Shown here piece by piece: positions 1-9,840 of a DNA stretch of 64,000 bases. The position numbers were made by a program, and so were the translations under genes. The stretch covers positions 256,001 to 320,000 of the forward strand of contig CBDBHR010000030.1 in assembly GCA_965205865.1 (NCBI GenBank). The letters run 5' to 3'. The notes under the pieces are model-generated. The model was not told the DNA's origin, searched no databases, and worked only from the letters and a program-made list of their open reading frames with translations. This DNA comes from a bacterium (lineage in GTDB: Bacteria > SAR324 > NAC60-12). How positions within the stretch are numbered: the stretch's first letter is position 1; every line of letters begins with the position of its first letter.

Positions 1-1339
1 AGGCTTCGTTCAGCAAAGGTTGCAGGTAAGGCCAAAGCAGGTCGGCTTCGCTGTGGTGCATACGGACGATGAAATTTTCGTTTTGGCGGGTTTCAAACTC
101 GGCCAACAGGTCCAGTACATTGAGCATGTTTTCAGTGAGGACGTTGAAAGGATCTTTTTTAAAGCTGTATTCCAAGTGAATTCGTCCTTCTTCCTCTTGT
201 CCGATCCGGAGGAGATTGGTTCCCAGGATCGTGTAAGCATTCCAATACTCGGGGTCGACTTGAATTGCGAGGCGCGCCAGTGCAACTGCTTCTTTGAATA
301 GATACTTCCTCCCCAGAATTTCAGCGATATCCGCATAAAATGCTCCGTTGCCGGGACTGAAGCGTTCCACTTCCGTACGAATCCTCACGAAGTCTTTCTC
401 ATTGTCTTTCAGGTAGACAATGGCAGCCTCCAGCAGATGGGCTTTCAAGGATTCGGGATTAATGAGCAGGATTTTATTGAGCAAACCAAGTGCTTCATTG
501 TATTGGCCATCTTCAAGGGCTATCTCGGCCAGCACAAGTAAAGCCGGAATGGAATATTCATTGATGGCCAGGGCATCCGCCAGGGCTGCCTTGGCATTGC
601 TGCCATGGAGCAATTTCGCCATGCCGACCAAGGCGGGGACATAGTACCTGTTTCGTTGCAGCACGAAGCCAAATGATTTTTGCGCTTCTTTTTTATTGTA
701 TTTTTGCAGAAACAATTCTCCCCAAAGCGCTTGTACTTCATGGTTGTGCGGGTCCACCTGCGCGGCTTCCCGAAACAAACGGTTGGCGTCATGATAGCTT
801 TCCAACTCCCAAGCCGCCACACCCACCATGGCAATCGCTTCTCCCTCGAAGACCAAGCTTTCATTGTATTGGTCGATTGCTTTTTCAAAGTAGTGGAATG
901 CTTGTTGACGGCGCCCACGCAACTTGAGCAATTTACCGTACTGCACCTGACTGCGGATAGGAGGTTGGGGAGCACTGACTACTTTTTCAAGGATCTGCAG
1001 AGCTTCACCTGAACGTCCGGTCGATATCAGGACCTCTGCGAGTTCGGTGGCAATGGTCGCATGCGGTTCTGATGCTTCCAACGACTGCCGGGAAATCGCT
1101 TCAGCCTGCTCATACTGCCCCATCATGGCCAGGCTGCGACTTGCTCCCACAATGCCTGCAATTCGATCTTGATCTTTGGTCTTTCGATAGAATTCAAGTG
1201 CTTCCGCATAGGCCCCTCTTTGAAAATACCGGTTTGCTTGAATTAAAGGCGTCTCCTGGGCGCTAACTTGTTCCGGGAGTAAAAACGATGTTCCACAGAC
1301 GAACAAAAAGAGGAGTAACCTTGAGCGAAGACAGACCAT
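1..1339 (-). CDS. Secreted TPR-repeat protein (3' end runs off window)
   Basis: Not in the ORF track because no stop lies in the window. Manual translation from ATG 1339: MVCLRSRLLLFLFVCGTSFLLPEQVSAQ (signal-like), then TPR-like helices (FQRGAYAEALEFYRK; AMMGQYEQAEA); the window start reads ...IVRMHHSEADLLWPYLQPLLNEA. Confidence 0.75.
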   Translation of the reverse strand, partial: MVCLRSRLLLFLFVCGTSFLLPEQVSAQETPLIQANRYFQRGAYAEALEFYRKTKDQDRIAGIVGASRSLAMMGQYEQAEAISRQSLEASEPHATIATELAEVLISTGRSGEALQILEKVVSAPQPPIRSQVQYGKLLKLRGRRQQAFHYFEKAIDQYNESLVFEGEAIAMVGVAAWELESYHDANRLFREAAQVDPHNHEVQALWGELFLQKYNKKEAQKSFGFVLQRNRYYVPALVGMAKLLHGSNAKAALADALAINEYSIPALLVLAEIALEDGQYNEALGLLNKILLINPESLKAHLLEAAIVYLKDNEKDFVRIRTEVERFSPGNGAFYADIAEILGRKYLFKEAVALARLAIQVDPEYWNAYTILGTNLLRIGQEEEGRIHLEYSFKKDPFNVLTENMLNVLDLLAEFETRQNENFIVRMHHSEADLLWPYLQPLLNEA

Positions 1340-1391
1340 AATGCGCCTTTCCCAAATGGATTTATGAGTTCCGATTCTATCAGTTCTCCCC

Positions 1392-1590
1392 TCCCCAACA
1401 TTTCTCCCCTCCCCTTGAGGGAGGGGCCGGGGGAGGGGGTTTTTAGAGCCCCAACAATGCAATCCTCAGTTCCCCCCTCTCCTTGAGGGAGGGGCCGGGG
1501 GAGGGGTTTTTCAGCCCAACAATGCAATCCTCAGTTCCCCCCTCTCCTTGAGGGAGGGGCCGGGGGAGGGGGTTTTTATCCCCAACAATG
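1392..1590. repeat. Tandem of three ~65-bp REP-like palindromic units
   Basis: CCCCCTCTCCTTGAGGGAGGGGCCGGGGGAGGGGGTTTT occurs at ~1405, ~1471 and ~1536, separated by CCCAACAATGCAATCCTCAGT. Confidence 0.85.
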
Positions 1591-1914
1591 AACCCCTCCA
1601 TCATTACTTTAGCAGGAATGCAATGTGAGTTGGATAGCCAGCCAGACGTTTTTACGAGAGAATCGTCTGTGTTTGCATGCTTCAATGGTAACACTAGTGG
1701 TCAATGCAGTCCAGTATGTCTGTACCCCGTATCAGGCAATCAAGGGGTACGGTCACCCAAATTTTGTTCGCAGTCCTATTGTAATGCGTGACATCGAAGG
1801 ATAAGATGCAATCCTCAGGCGCTGAATCCGGAACAACAGTTGAACGGCATGGTCTCGTCTAAAGAGGTCACCGGTAAACTTGTTCACGACAAAACAATTT
1901 CCAGGAGAATTAAA

Positions 1915-2529
1915 ATGAAACCGATTAGAAGACTATCCTATCAGCGTCCCATTTTTTTTTGGGAAAAAAAGGACGCCCTTTCTATTGGATCTCTTTACCT
2001 CAATTCATTACAGGTCGCTTTGATATCGGCGTTGGTCCTTGGTTGGACAGGAATGCTATCTGGTAACTTTGCCACTGCGGAGGATCGACATTCATCAAAA
2101 AGAAATGAAAAAATCGAGGTCGAGGATGCCTGGGTTAGATCCGTGCCTTCTTCCTCTCGACACACTGCTGCCTACATGGTCTTGCAGAATCATGGCAGTA
2201 TGGACGATCGTCTGCTCTCGGCACATAGTGATATTGTCCAGGTAGTCGAGCTGCACGAAGTGGTCATGATTGGAAAACTGATGTCCATGCGACCTGTTGA
2301 ATATTTTCCTATCCCCGCCCTTGGATCAACCGAACTCAAACCTGGAGGTTACCACCTCATGTTGATCAATTTAAAAAGGGTTCTCAAAGCAGGTGAGCAT
2401 GTCTCACTCACATTAAAGTTCCAGCATGCCGGAGACCTCACCCTGTTGGTCAAGGTTCAATCAGAAAAAATGGAACAAAGTCATTCCGAAAAAGGTCACG
2501 ATTCTTCACAAAAAGAACACAAACGCTGA
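1915..2529 (+). CDS. Periplasmic copper chaperone, PCu(A)C family
   Basis: DAWVR...TAAYMVLQN...ELHE...M-M...LKPGGYHLML motifs. ATG 1915 follows a GGAG RBS and is preferred over the track start at 1840. Confidence 0.9.
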   Translation: MKPIRRLSYQRPIFFWEKKDALSIGSLYLNSLQVALISALVLGWTGMLSGNFATAEDRHSSKRNEKIEVEDAWVRSVPSSSRHTAAYMVLQNHGSMDDRLLSAHSDIVQVVELHEVVMIGKLMSMRPVEYFPIPALGSTELKPGGYHLMLINLKRVLKAGEHVSLTLKFQHAGDLTLLVKVQSEKMEQSHSEKGHDSSQKEHKR

Positions 2530-2928
2530 TTATACCGGATTGGTCTTGTTTGCCGGATATATGTATATGCTGCCATTGTGACGACTTTTCAAACGAGTCT
2601 GGCTTCGATCATTTCACCAACCTTTGATTCCGAATAATTTTCTCTGGCTTCTCCGGATCAACCACGTTATGGTGGCTCATCGGCGTATCCTTTCTTTGAT
2701 GTTATTTTTATTTCGAACTGATTCCATCAACAGAATACGCCACCTTTCTCACCGAAGTCCGCATCGAACAGGCAATCCCGGCCTGGGATGTACTCAGCGA
2801 TCATGCTACAGGCTATCATTTTCAACACACTGCCTGGCGGTGTGGTGAGTATCTGTCAGCCAAAATCAAGAGACGAGTATCATGAGCATCAATCTTCTTT
2901 CTGAATATATCGTCGAGGCGAGGCGTTC

Positions 2929-5775
2929 ATGACACCGGACGAATTCATCAGCAAGTGGCAGGCGTCTTCATTGAAGGAACGCTCTGCTGCGCAGGAACAC
3001 TTCATTGACCTGTGTCGGCTGTTCGGGGAACCAACGCCGGCGGAAGACGATCCGAGCGGTGAGCACTACTGTTTCGAGCGTGGCGCCCGCAAGGATTCCG
3101 GCGGGGACGGTTGGGCCGACGTGTGGAAACGCCACCACTTCGCCTGGGAGTACAAGGGCAAGCACGCGAATCTCGACTTGGCTTTCAATCAGTTGCGACA
3201 ATACGCGCTCGCCTTGGAAAACCCGCCGCTGTTGATCGTTTCCGACATGGCGCGATTCCGCATTCGCACCAACTGGACCAACAGCGTGAGCAAGACGCAC
3301 GAGTTCACCCTGCACGATCTCAGGGACGCGGCCAACCGGGACAAGCTAAAATGGGCCATGTCCGATCCCGAGCGGTTAAAGCCCGGCGAAAGCAGACAAG
3401 CGCTCACCGAGCGCGCGGCGAAGGAATTTGCCTCACTGGCTCAGGCCTTGCGGGAACGCTGCCACAATAGCCATGAGGTCGCGCATTTCGTCAACCGTCT
3501 GGTGTTCTGTATGTTTGCCGAAGATGCGGGTCTGTTGCCAAACGACATGTTCACGCGGATGCTGAAACAAGCGCGACGTAAGCCCGGTGAATTCTCCGCA
3601 TTGGCTGCTGATTTGTTCCGGGCAATGGCAACGGGGGGCCGGGTCGGATTCGAGGAAGTGGCCAGGTTCAATGGAGGATTGTTCGATGACGATGCCGTCC
3701 TGCCACTGGAAAAACCCGAGATCGAAACGGTATTGACGGCAGCGACCCTTGACTGGTCGGAAATTGACCCTTCGATCCTGGGTACCTTGTTCGAACGCGG
3801 ACTCGATCCGGACAAACGTTCTCAACTCGGTGCGCACTACACCGACCGTGACAAGATCATGCTGATCATAGATCCGGTGGTGACTCGTCCCTGGCTCGCC
3901 GAATGGGAGAAGGAAAAAAAAGACATTGCCGCCTGTCTGAAGCCTGGGGAGACCACCCGGTCCAAAGCGGTAAAGAACCTACAGCGTGAGAAAGCGGAAA
4001 AATTGCTCCGTGAATTTCTCGAGCGATTGAGGGAATTCACCGTGCTCGATCCCGCCTGCGGTTCGGGAAATTTCCTTTATCTGGCATTACAAACACTTTT
4101 AGATCTGGAGCACCGGGTGCAACTGGAGGCCGAAGCCCTGGGTCTCCATCGGACTTTTCCTTCGGTGGGGCCGGCCAATGTGAAGGGAATCGAAATCAAT
4201 CCTTACGCCGCCGAACTGGCGCGCGTGTCGGTGTGGATCGGTGAAATCCAGTGGATGCGGCGCAACGGTTTCGACGGATCGAGTGATCCGGTCCTTAAAT
4301 CCCTGGAGACCATTGAATGCCGCGATGCCATCCTGACGTCGGATGGTAAAGAGCCGGAATGGCCGGCGGCCGACGTGGTGATCGGCAATCCACCATTTCT
4401 TGGAGGAAAGTTTTTGCGAAACCGTTTGGGTGACGATTACGTGGAGTCCTTGCAACACCTTTACGCTTCCCACATCCACGGTGAGGCCGATCTGGTCTGT
4501 TACTGGTTCGACAAAGCGGCACGCCTGGTCGCCCAAGGCAGGATCGCCCGTGCCGGTCTGGTTGCGACAAATTCAATCCGGGGCGGGCGAAACCGTCCGG
4601 TACTGGACCGGATTGTTGAGCATGGGGTTGTCTTTGATGCCTGGTCGGACGAGCCCTGGGTGGTCGAGGGTGCTGCGGTTCGAGTTTCCCTTGTCTGCTT
4701 TGCCGGCCACGGGACTGAGTTGCCTGTCACGCTGAATGGCACACCAACAGCAGGTATTCAGGCCGATTTGACAGCCGGCGATCTGAACCTTGCAAAGGCT
4801 GTCCGCCTGCCATGCAACACGAGCATCGCATTCATGGGCGATACGAAGAACGGTTCCTTCGACATTTCAGGTGATCTGTCCCGCAAATGGCTTCGCCTAC
4901 CTGCGAATCCGAATGGCCGACCAAATGCTGATGTTCTTAAACCCTGGATCAACGGTATGGACTTGACGAGGCGTCCCACAGGAAAATGGATTATTGATTT
5001 CGGTTCTTCAATGAACGAATCCGATGCTGCACTCTACGAAGCTCCATTCTTACATGCCACCGAACATGTCAAGCCGGCAAGGCAACGGAACCGCTCAAGA
5101 AAGGTCAGAGAATTTTGGTGGCGCCATGAAGCGCCACGTCCTGGAATGTGGAAGGCGCTCGCCGGTTTATCTCGCTATATCGCCACGCCCACCGTCTCCA
5201 AACATCGCCTGTTCGTTTGGTGTGACGTTCGCATCTGTCCCGATCATCAATTGATCGTCTTCGCGCGTGACGACGATATGACCTTCGGTATCCTGCACAG
5301 TCGGTTTCATGAGGCCTGGTCATTGCGGCTCGGCACGTGGCTCGGGAAGGGCAACGATCCACGCTACACGCCGACCACCACCTTCGAGACATTTCCCTTC
5401 CCGGATGGACTCTCTCCCGACGTTCCCGCCGCCAGGTATGCAGACGAGCCTCGCGCCGCCAACATCGGGGCAGCTGCGCGACGCTTGGTCAAATTGCGTG
5501 ACCGCTGGATCAACCCGCCGGAATGGGTGGAGTGGATCGACGAACCGGTTCCCGGCTATCCAAAGCGACCGGTTGACCGCAATGAGACGGTGGCAAAGGA
5601 ACTCAAAGTCCGTACGCTCACAAACCTCTATAACGCGCGTCCTCAATGGCTGACCGATGCGCATGACGCGCTCGATGCCGCCGTCGCCACCGCTTACGGT
5701 TGGTCTGCCGACATCACCGAGGACGATGCGCTGCGCGAACTGCTGGAACTGAATTTAACGGATAAGAAGCGATAA
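2929..5775 (+). CDS. Type IIL/IIG (MmeI-like) fused restriction-modification enzyme, N6-adenine MTase
   Basis: 948 aa; N-terminal nuclease-like AD...EYK, GAHYT, LDPACGSGNF (SAM motif I), GNPPF (motif IV), C-terminal TRD with RYTPTTTFETFPFP. Visibly GC-rich compared with its neighbours. Confidence 0.88.
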   Translation: MTPDEFISKWQASSLKERSAAQEHFIDLCRLFGEPTPAEDDPSGEHYCFERGARKDSGGDGWADVWKRHHFAWEYKGKHANLDLAFNQLRQYALALENPPLLIVSDMARFRIRTNWTNSVSKTHEFTLHDLRDAANRDKLKWAMSDPERLKPGESRQALTERAAKEFASLAQALRERCHNSHEVAHFVNRLVFCMFAEDAGLLPNDMFTRMLKQARRKPGEFSALAADLFRAMATGGRVGFEEVARFNGGLFDDDAVLPLEKPEIETVLTAATLDWSEIDPSILGTLFERGLDPDKRSQLGAHYTDRDKIMLIIDPVVTRPWLAEWEKEKKDIAACLKPGETTRSKAVKNLQREKAEKLLREFLERLREFTVLDPACGSGNFLYLALQTLLDLEHRVQLEAEALGLHRTFPSVGPANVKGIEINPYAAELARVSVWIGEIQWMRRNGFDGSSDPVLKSLETIECRDAILTSDGKEPEWPAADVVIGNPPFLGGKFLRNRLGDDYVESLQHLYASHIHGEADLVCYWFDKAARLVAQGRIARAGLVATNSIRGGRNRPVLDRIVEHGVVFDAWSDEPWVVEGAAVRVSLVCFAGHGTELPVTLNGTPTAGIQADLTAGDLNLAKAVRLPCNTSIAFMGDTKNGSFDISGDLSRKWLRLPANPNGRPNADVLKPWINGMDLTRRPTGKWIIDFGSSMNESDAALYEAPFLHATEHVKPARQRNRSRKVREFWWRHEAPRPGMWKALAGLSRYIATPTVSKHRLFVWCDVRICPDHQLIVFARDDDMTFGILHSRFHEAWSLRLGTWLGKGNDPRYTPTTTFETFPFPDGLSPDVPAARYADEPRAANIGAAARRLVKLRDRWINPPEWVEWIDEPVPGYPKRPVDRNETVAKELKVRTLTNLYNARPQWLTDAHDALDAAVATAYGWSADITEDDALRELLELNLTDKKR

Positions 5776-6018
5776 GAACCTGTCGCTGGAGTTTGTGGAA
5801 AAGATATTGGAACTGAACCTCGACATCGCAAAAGAAGCCAAGAGGCATTGGATCCTCTTGAGAAAACGTTGGATTGTAAAGCTCGCATTCACCTGGTTCG
5901 AAGGATGCAGATGATTAACCATAGATTTTGAAATCTTCACAAACTCTGCTGAAAATATATTTCGTATTGCCATGATCAAAGTTACCTTAGCCAAATGTCT
6001 TATTTAACATACGGGTTC
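5776..6018 (+). mobile_element. Internally deleted IS5-family (IS1031-like) element
   Basis: Ends GAACCTGT...ACGGGTTC flanked by TAA on both sides (5773-75, 6019-21). The interior translates as a transposase C-terminus, KRWIVKLAFTWFEGCR*LTIDFEIFTNSAENIFRIAMIKVTLAKC, with an internal stop. Confidence 0.7.
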
Positions 6019-6029
6019 TAAGTGATCAG

Positions 6030-6365
6030 AAAGTGGCTATCGAAGTGCCACGTGTGCGTGATAAAGCAAATAATCAAGAAGTGCCTTTAGTCGGGTATCA
6101 TCAATTGCAGTGCCCACGGGTGATCAACGATTTGCCATTATCGAGGGTTCTCAAAGGGATCAGCACGCGAAAATATGAGAAAGCAGCAAAAGGATTCCAG
6201 AGACTTTTGGGATTTCTAAAAGTAGTGTGTCTCGGATTCAGAAGAGTGAAGGGCTATAAACATTTCGCTCAGCTCAGAAAGGCTATGGCCAATTTGAATC
6301 AAATGAAGAAAAAGAAAAAAGCAGTGTGAGTGTCATCAAAAATTTCAATAAAAATTGGGATTGAT
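6030..6365 (+). mobile_element. IS256-family transposase remnant
   Basis: IEVPRVRD...VLKGISTRKY fused to C-terminal GFRRVKGYKH; followed by the end-like sequence AAATTTCAATAAAAATTGGGA. Confidence 0.65.
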
Positions 6366-6406
6366 ACGCTACTCTACCCATTTCGATTATTGAATTTGTT
6401 GTGATG

Positions 6407-7903
6407 TTACATATCAGAATAGTTGCTTTTAAACTTTTCATAATTATTAAAATTTTGAATTGATTGAGGAGCTCCTTGAATTATTTTTTGTTCTATAAGA
6501 TTTGAAAGTTTAATTTTTTGTTTAAAATGTTTTATAAATCTGAACTCTATAACTAATACTCTTTGGTTTGTCATTTTTTTAATTTCCTCAAAAGAATATA
6601 CAGACCTCTTCCCTATAAGAGAAACAACTTCCAGTAATTCATTTGAACGAAATACTGATTCAATTATACCTATTGAAGTAATAGCTTGAACTGGAGTAGA
6701 TACATAAAAAAATACTAAATCATTACATTTTAATTGTTTTATTGGAGCATGACAAAGATAAACTTTTTTTATTGTGTTTCCAGGAATTTCATCCTCTTCT
6801 ATAGGTTCTATAGGAAGAGACATTTGCAAATTTTTTTCAGGAAAAAGAATGTGGTAATACCTCTCTTGTATTGGGATAATATATTTTTTAATATGACTCG
6901 AATCATCATAAAATGGAAAATATTTAATATGGTAGTCTAAACCTTTTATTTGAGGGGCACCCGGTTTAGTAAAATATTTTTGAAAAACTAATTCTGTTTC
7001 TTTTGTCCCTTTATCTTTTAAATCTGTTTCTGCAATCTCATCGAATCCAAAATCTTTTATTAAATCAATTAATATTTTGTGTTTCGGAAAAACTGTCATC
7101 CAACAAGACTTAAATTGATTTGTCACAGAATAGAAAAAAGCCTGTTTTAACATCAATTCACCCAATTTTTTCCCTCTATGAGATTCAGCCACTTTAAATG
7201 TAGCAAGTTTTAATGATTTTTGTGGGAGATTATAATTGATATAATCATCTTCTTTAGCTTCCTTGTAAATACATATAGATTCCAATTCATTTGATGAATT
7301 TTTAATTGTCCAAGCCTTTACTTGTTCTTCAGAACATTTTTCAAACCACTTTTGAAAATCTATGTAATCTTCTCTTAAGTTATCAAAGATTTTATCATCA
7401 CTATTTATACTATAAAGAAATTCTGTTTCAATTTTAGGAAGAGAAATTTCAATTTGTTTTGGAAATAGTCTTTCCAGAGTATTATTTGCTTGATTGATAG
7501 TAAGAACTTTATTTCTAATCGAAGCATTTTTAGCTCTTTGATGAATACCAATATCTTCCGTTATCAAAAAAGAAACAGTGTGTCTTTGTAAAGCGTATAG
7601 TAATTGACAATCAATTTTATCATTAGTGGACTTTATTAATCCAAATAAATTCTTTAAAGAATGTTCTTCAGCAATTGGAGGTCTTTCAAGAATTCTATAT
7701 TTCTTGATTTTACTTAAAACTTTTTCTTTTCTTTGTGGATTATTATCATTTTGTAAATCTTCTATTGTTAAAGGATGTATGCAAATAACAGCAAAATTTT
7801 CATTGCATAAGCTATGAAATTTTGTAAATGCATCTTTCAAAATTTCATTATCTTCCAATTGTATAAAAATATTGGTATCTATGAGAAAGAAAATTTTATC
7901 CAT
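6407..7903 (-). CDS. PIN domain + GNAT acetyltransferase + C-terminal PUA/EVE-like domain protein
   Basis: N-terminal FLIDTNIFI...D...LITED (PIN); LKLATFKVAESHRGKKLGELML (GNAT acetyl-CoA motif); C-terminal GNTIKKVYLC...DLVFFYVS...SIGIIE. Very AT-rich. Confidence 0.8.
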   Translation of the reverse strand: MDKIFFLIDTNIFIQLEDNEILKDAFTKFHSLCNENFAVICIHPLTIEDLQNDNNPQRKEKVLSKIKKYRILERPPIAEEHSLKNLFGLIKSTNDKIDCQLLYALQRHTVSFLITEDIGIHQRAKNASIRNKVLTINQANNTLERLFPKQIEISLPKIETEFLYSINSDDKIFDNLREDYIDFQKWFEKCSEEQVKAWTIKNSSNELESICIYKEAKEDDYINYNLPQKSLKLATFKVAESHRGKKLGELMLKQAFFYSVTNQFKSCWMTVFPKHKILIDLIKDFGFDEIAETDLKDKGTKETELVFQKYFTKPGAPQIKGLDYHIKYFPFYDDSSHIKKYIIPIQERYYHILFPEKNLQMSLPIEPIEEDEIPGNTIKKVYLCHAPIKQLKCNDLVFFYVSTPVQAITSIGIIESVFRSNELLEVVSLIGKRSVYSFEEIKKMTNQRVLVIEFRFIKHFKQKIKLSNLIEQKIIQGAPQSIQNFNNYEKFKSNYSDM

Positions 7904-7971
7904 TAGAATTTGAAAGAATACACTAGAAAAATTCTAATTTTATAGCTATTATTTTTTTCTTTGTTGGACAA

Positions 7972-8376
7972 TTAAGCAACCAATTTATTAGAAATATATC
8001 TATAAGATTGTGGGGGATAACTAATTTCTCCAAGAATCTTTTTTAACTCAATTGGTTTTTTATATTTTACTGGATTTTCAAGATAAAGGGCAAAACCAAA
8101 ATCACGATTTTTAAAATATTTTTGAAATGAAATAAGATCTATCATGGTACAATGTTTTGAAATATCCCAAAGCATTTTTAAGGGCATTTTTTTTACTTCC
8201 TCCAGATCACATTCACCAATAACTTTTGAAATTGGAGAGCAAGCATAAATAAAAATCTTTCTTCTATCATCTTTTTTAAACAGAGGAAATTTCCTTCTAA
8301 GCTCAATAGTCTTCCACCCTTTTAATATGCCTGTAGCATACTCAGAATGAATACTAATCAATAAGTCTCTTTTCAT
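7972..8376 (-). CDS. ASCH (PUA-like) domain protein
   Basis: LLISIHSEYATGILKGWKTIELRR (GxKxxExR motif)...IYACSP...PPQSYRY; GGAGG RBS upstream. Confidence 0.85.
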   Translation of the reverse strand: MKRDLLISIHSEYATGILKGWKTIELRRKFPLFKKDDRRKIFIYACSPISKVIGECDLEEVKKMPLKMLWDISKHCTMIDLISFQKYFKNRDFGFALYLENPVKYKKPIELKKILGEISYPPQSYRYISNKLVA

Positions 8377-8424
8377 AATACACCTCCATGTGTTTCGATA
8401 TTACTACACCCTAACCCGGTAAAT

Positions 8425-8790
8425 GGGTCAGGCTTGCAAGTTTGCGAATTTAAGAAAACATTTTTAGGTTAAGTTCTTTTAACCGCTCTTGGAGATTTGT
8501 GGATTCTTTCAATCTTTCTCTCAATTTATGCACTCTACGACTGAAAGTAGAATCATCTCGATTGAGAGCATTTGCCACTTCCCGGATTGTTGCAGATTCC
8601 AATTGAAGACTTATAAAAGCGACGAGAGTCGCTGTCATCGAAATAAGTACGTTGCCCCCCATTACCTCGAAGTATCACATGATAAAGCGTACCAGGGTCG
8701 TACAAACGCGTTTTCCGAGACATCTTGGCAAATTGAAAAAGGTTAAAATTTAAAAAATACTCATTTTTGCAAACTTGCAAGTCTGACCCC
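8425..8790. mobile_element. RAYT/Y1-transposase-derived non-autonomous element, copy 1
   Basis: TIRs GGGTCAGGCTTGCAAGTTTGC...GCAAACTTGCAAGTCTGACCCC. The minus strand carries a RAYT-like N-terminus (MSRKTRLYDPGTLYHVILRGNGGQ..FDDSDSRRFY) joined to a C-terminal HTH-like tail (IREVANALNRDDSTFSRRVHKL). Confidence 0.85.
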
Positions 8791-9147
8791 TTTTCCACGA
8801 TGAAGCATATTTTATTAGAAGCAATTGGACTCTTAACCCAAGTACCGCTTTTTTTTAAATCGGCATTTTTTAAACAAAGACAGAAGAAAAGTGAAAAAAA
8901 TTGAATAGGCCGTCTATCCCCCAAGAAACCTATCAAAAAATAGGAAAATTCCTCATGAATTTCTATTTACAAATCAATTTTCAGATGCTACTGTCTTGAA
9001 AATTTTTGATTTTCCTAAATGATATCGTGGCAGAAAAACTAATCTGATCGGTAAAAAAGGCCCGGAAAGAGACAAACTGGGTGGGGAGGTAGTCGCAATA
9101 CCAAAGACGGGTGGATTGTTGAAGACCGAAAAAACAATAAAAATCCT

Positions 9148-9840
9148 ATGGATATTTCATTGCAGGAAATCGAAGAAATAGAAATGCTTACATTGCGATG
9201 GGTATTTCAATCAGTGCTTGATTTTGGCATGGAAGCTCATGAGATTTTTCATAAATCACCGGATAGTGTGAAAGACATTGCAGAAGATGTAACAAGGGAA
9301 TTACTTGACAGACTTTCAGGATTTAACGTTCAACAAAGAATTTATGGCACTGTAGATTATAAGAAGGCCAGATACGTTATCTTACCTGAGCAAACAGTCA
9401 GACAAGCGTTATTCATTGACTCAAAAGCAGAAAAAGAAAACCGTTCTGCCACAATCCAGATGTCTCAAACCTCCATGCGCATAAAACAGCGGAGGGCAGG
9501 AACTGAAATAAATGAAAAGGGAACCCTGCCGGAAATTTCTAAATATGGCGGAACAAATTTTTTAACGACTACATGTCTTGTACATTTTAAGTATGAAGAT
9601 GATGCCACTGGTGCGCATCATTTACGCAAAGTTACTATAGTTGCTATTCCCAATGGCCGATTACAGAACAGGTACAATCCAAGTGTTGATGATGGAATAT
9701 GGTTGGCAGGAAGGAATGCTCCTACACTACGGGAAGATTTCAGGGTAAGAGTCAGTTTCAGTAAATTAAAATCCAAGGCAGCATGGCGTGTGCAAGTGTT
9801 GACTTATAACGAAGAGTGCATAGGATCATGGCAATCATAG
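9148..9840 (+). CDS. Type II restriction endonuclease, SfiI/BglI-like family
   Basis: Resembles SfiI as recalled: LQEIEEIE..TLR; AEDVT; G.VDYKKAR; FIDSKA; PNGRLQNRYNP; RVRVSFSKLK..AAWRVQ. Confidence 0.75.
   Translation: MDISLQEIEEIEMLTLRWVFQSVLDFGMEAHEIFHKSPDSVKDIAEDVTRELLDRLSGFNVQQRIYGTVDYKKARYVILPEQTVRQALFIDSKAEKENRSATIQMSQTSMRIKQRRAGTEINEKGTLPEISKYGGTNFLTTTCLVHFKYEDDATGAHHLRKVTIVAIPNGRLQNRYNPSVDDGIWLAGRNAPTLREDFRVRVSFSKLKSKAAWRVQVLTYNEECIGSWQS

Noticed and set aside
1392-1590. Mini-CRISPR or the coding ORFs 1243-1527 and 1443-1694
   Set aside because: The spacers are identical, not unique, and the ORFs are just translations of the repeat.
2530-2928. Possible gene remnant or attC half before the R-M gene
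   Set aside because: Similarity too weak to support.
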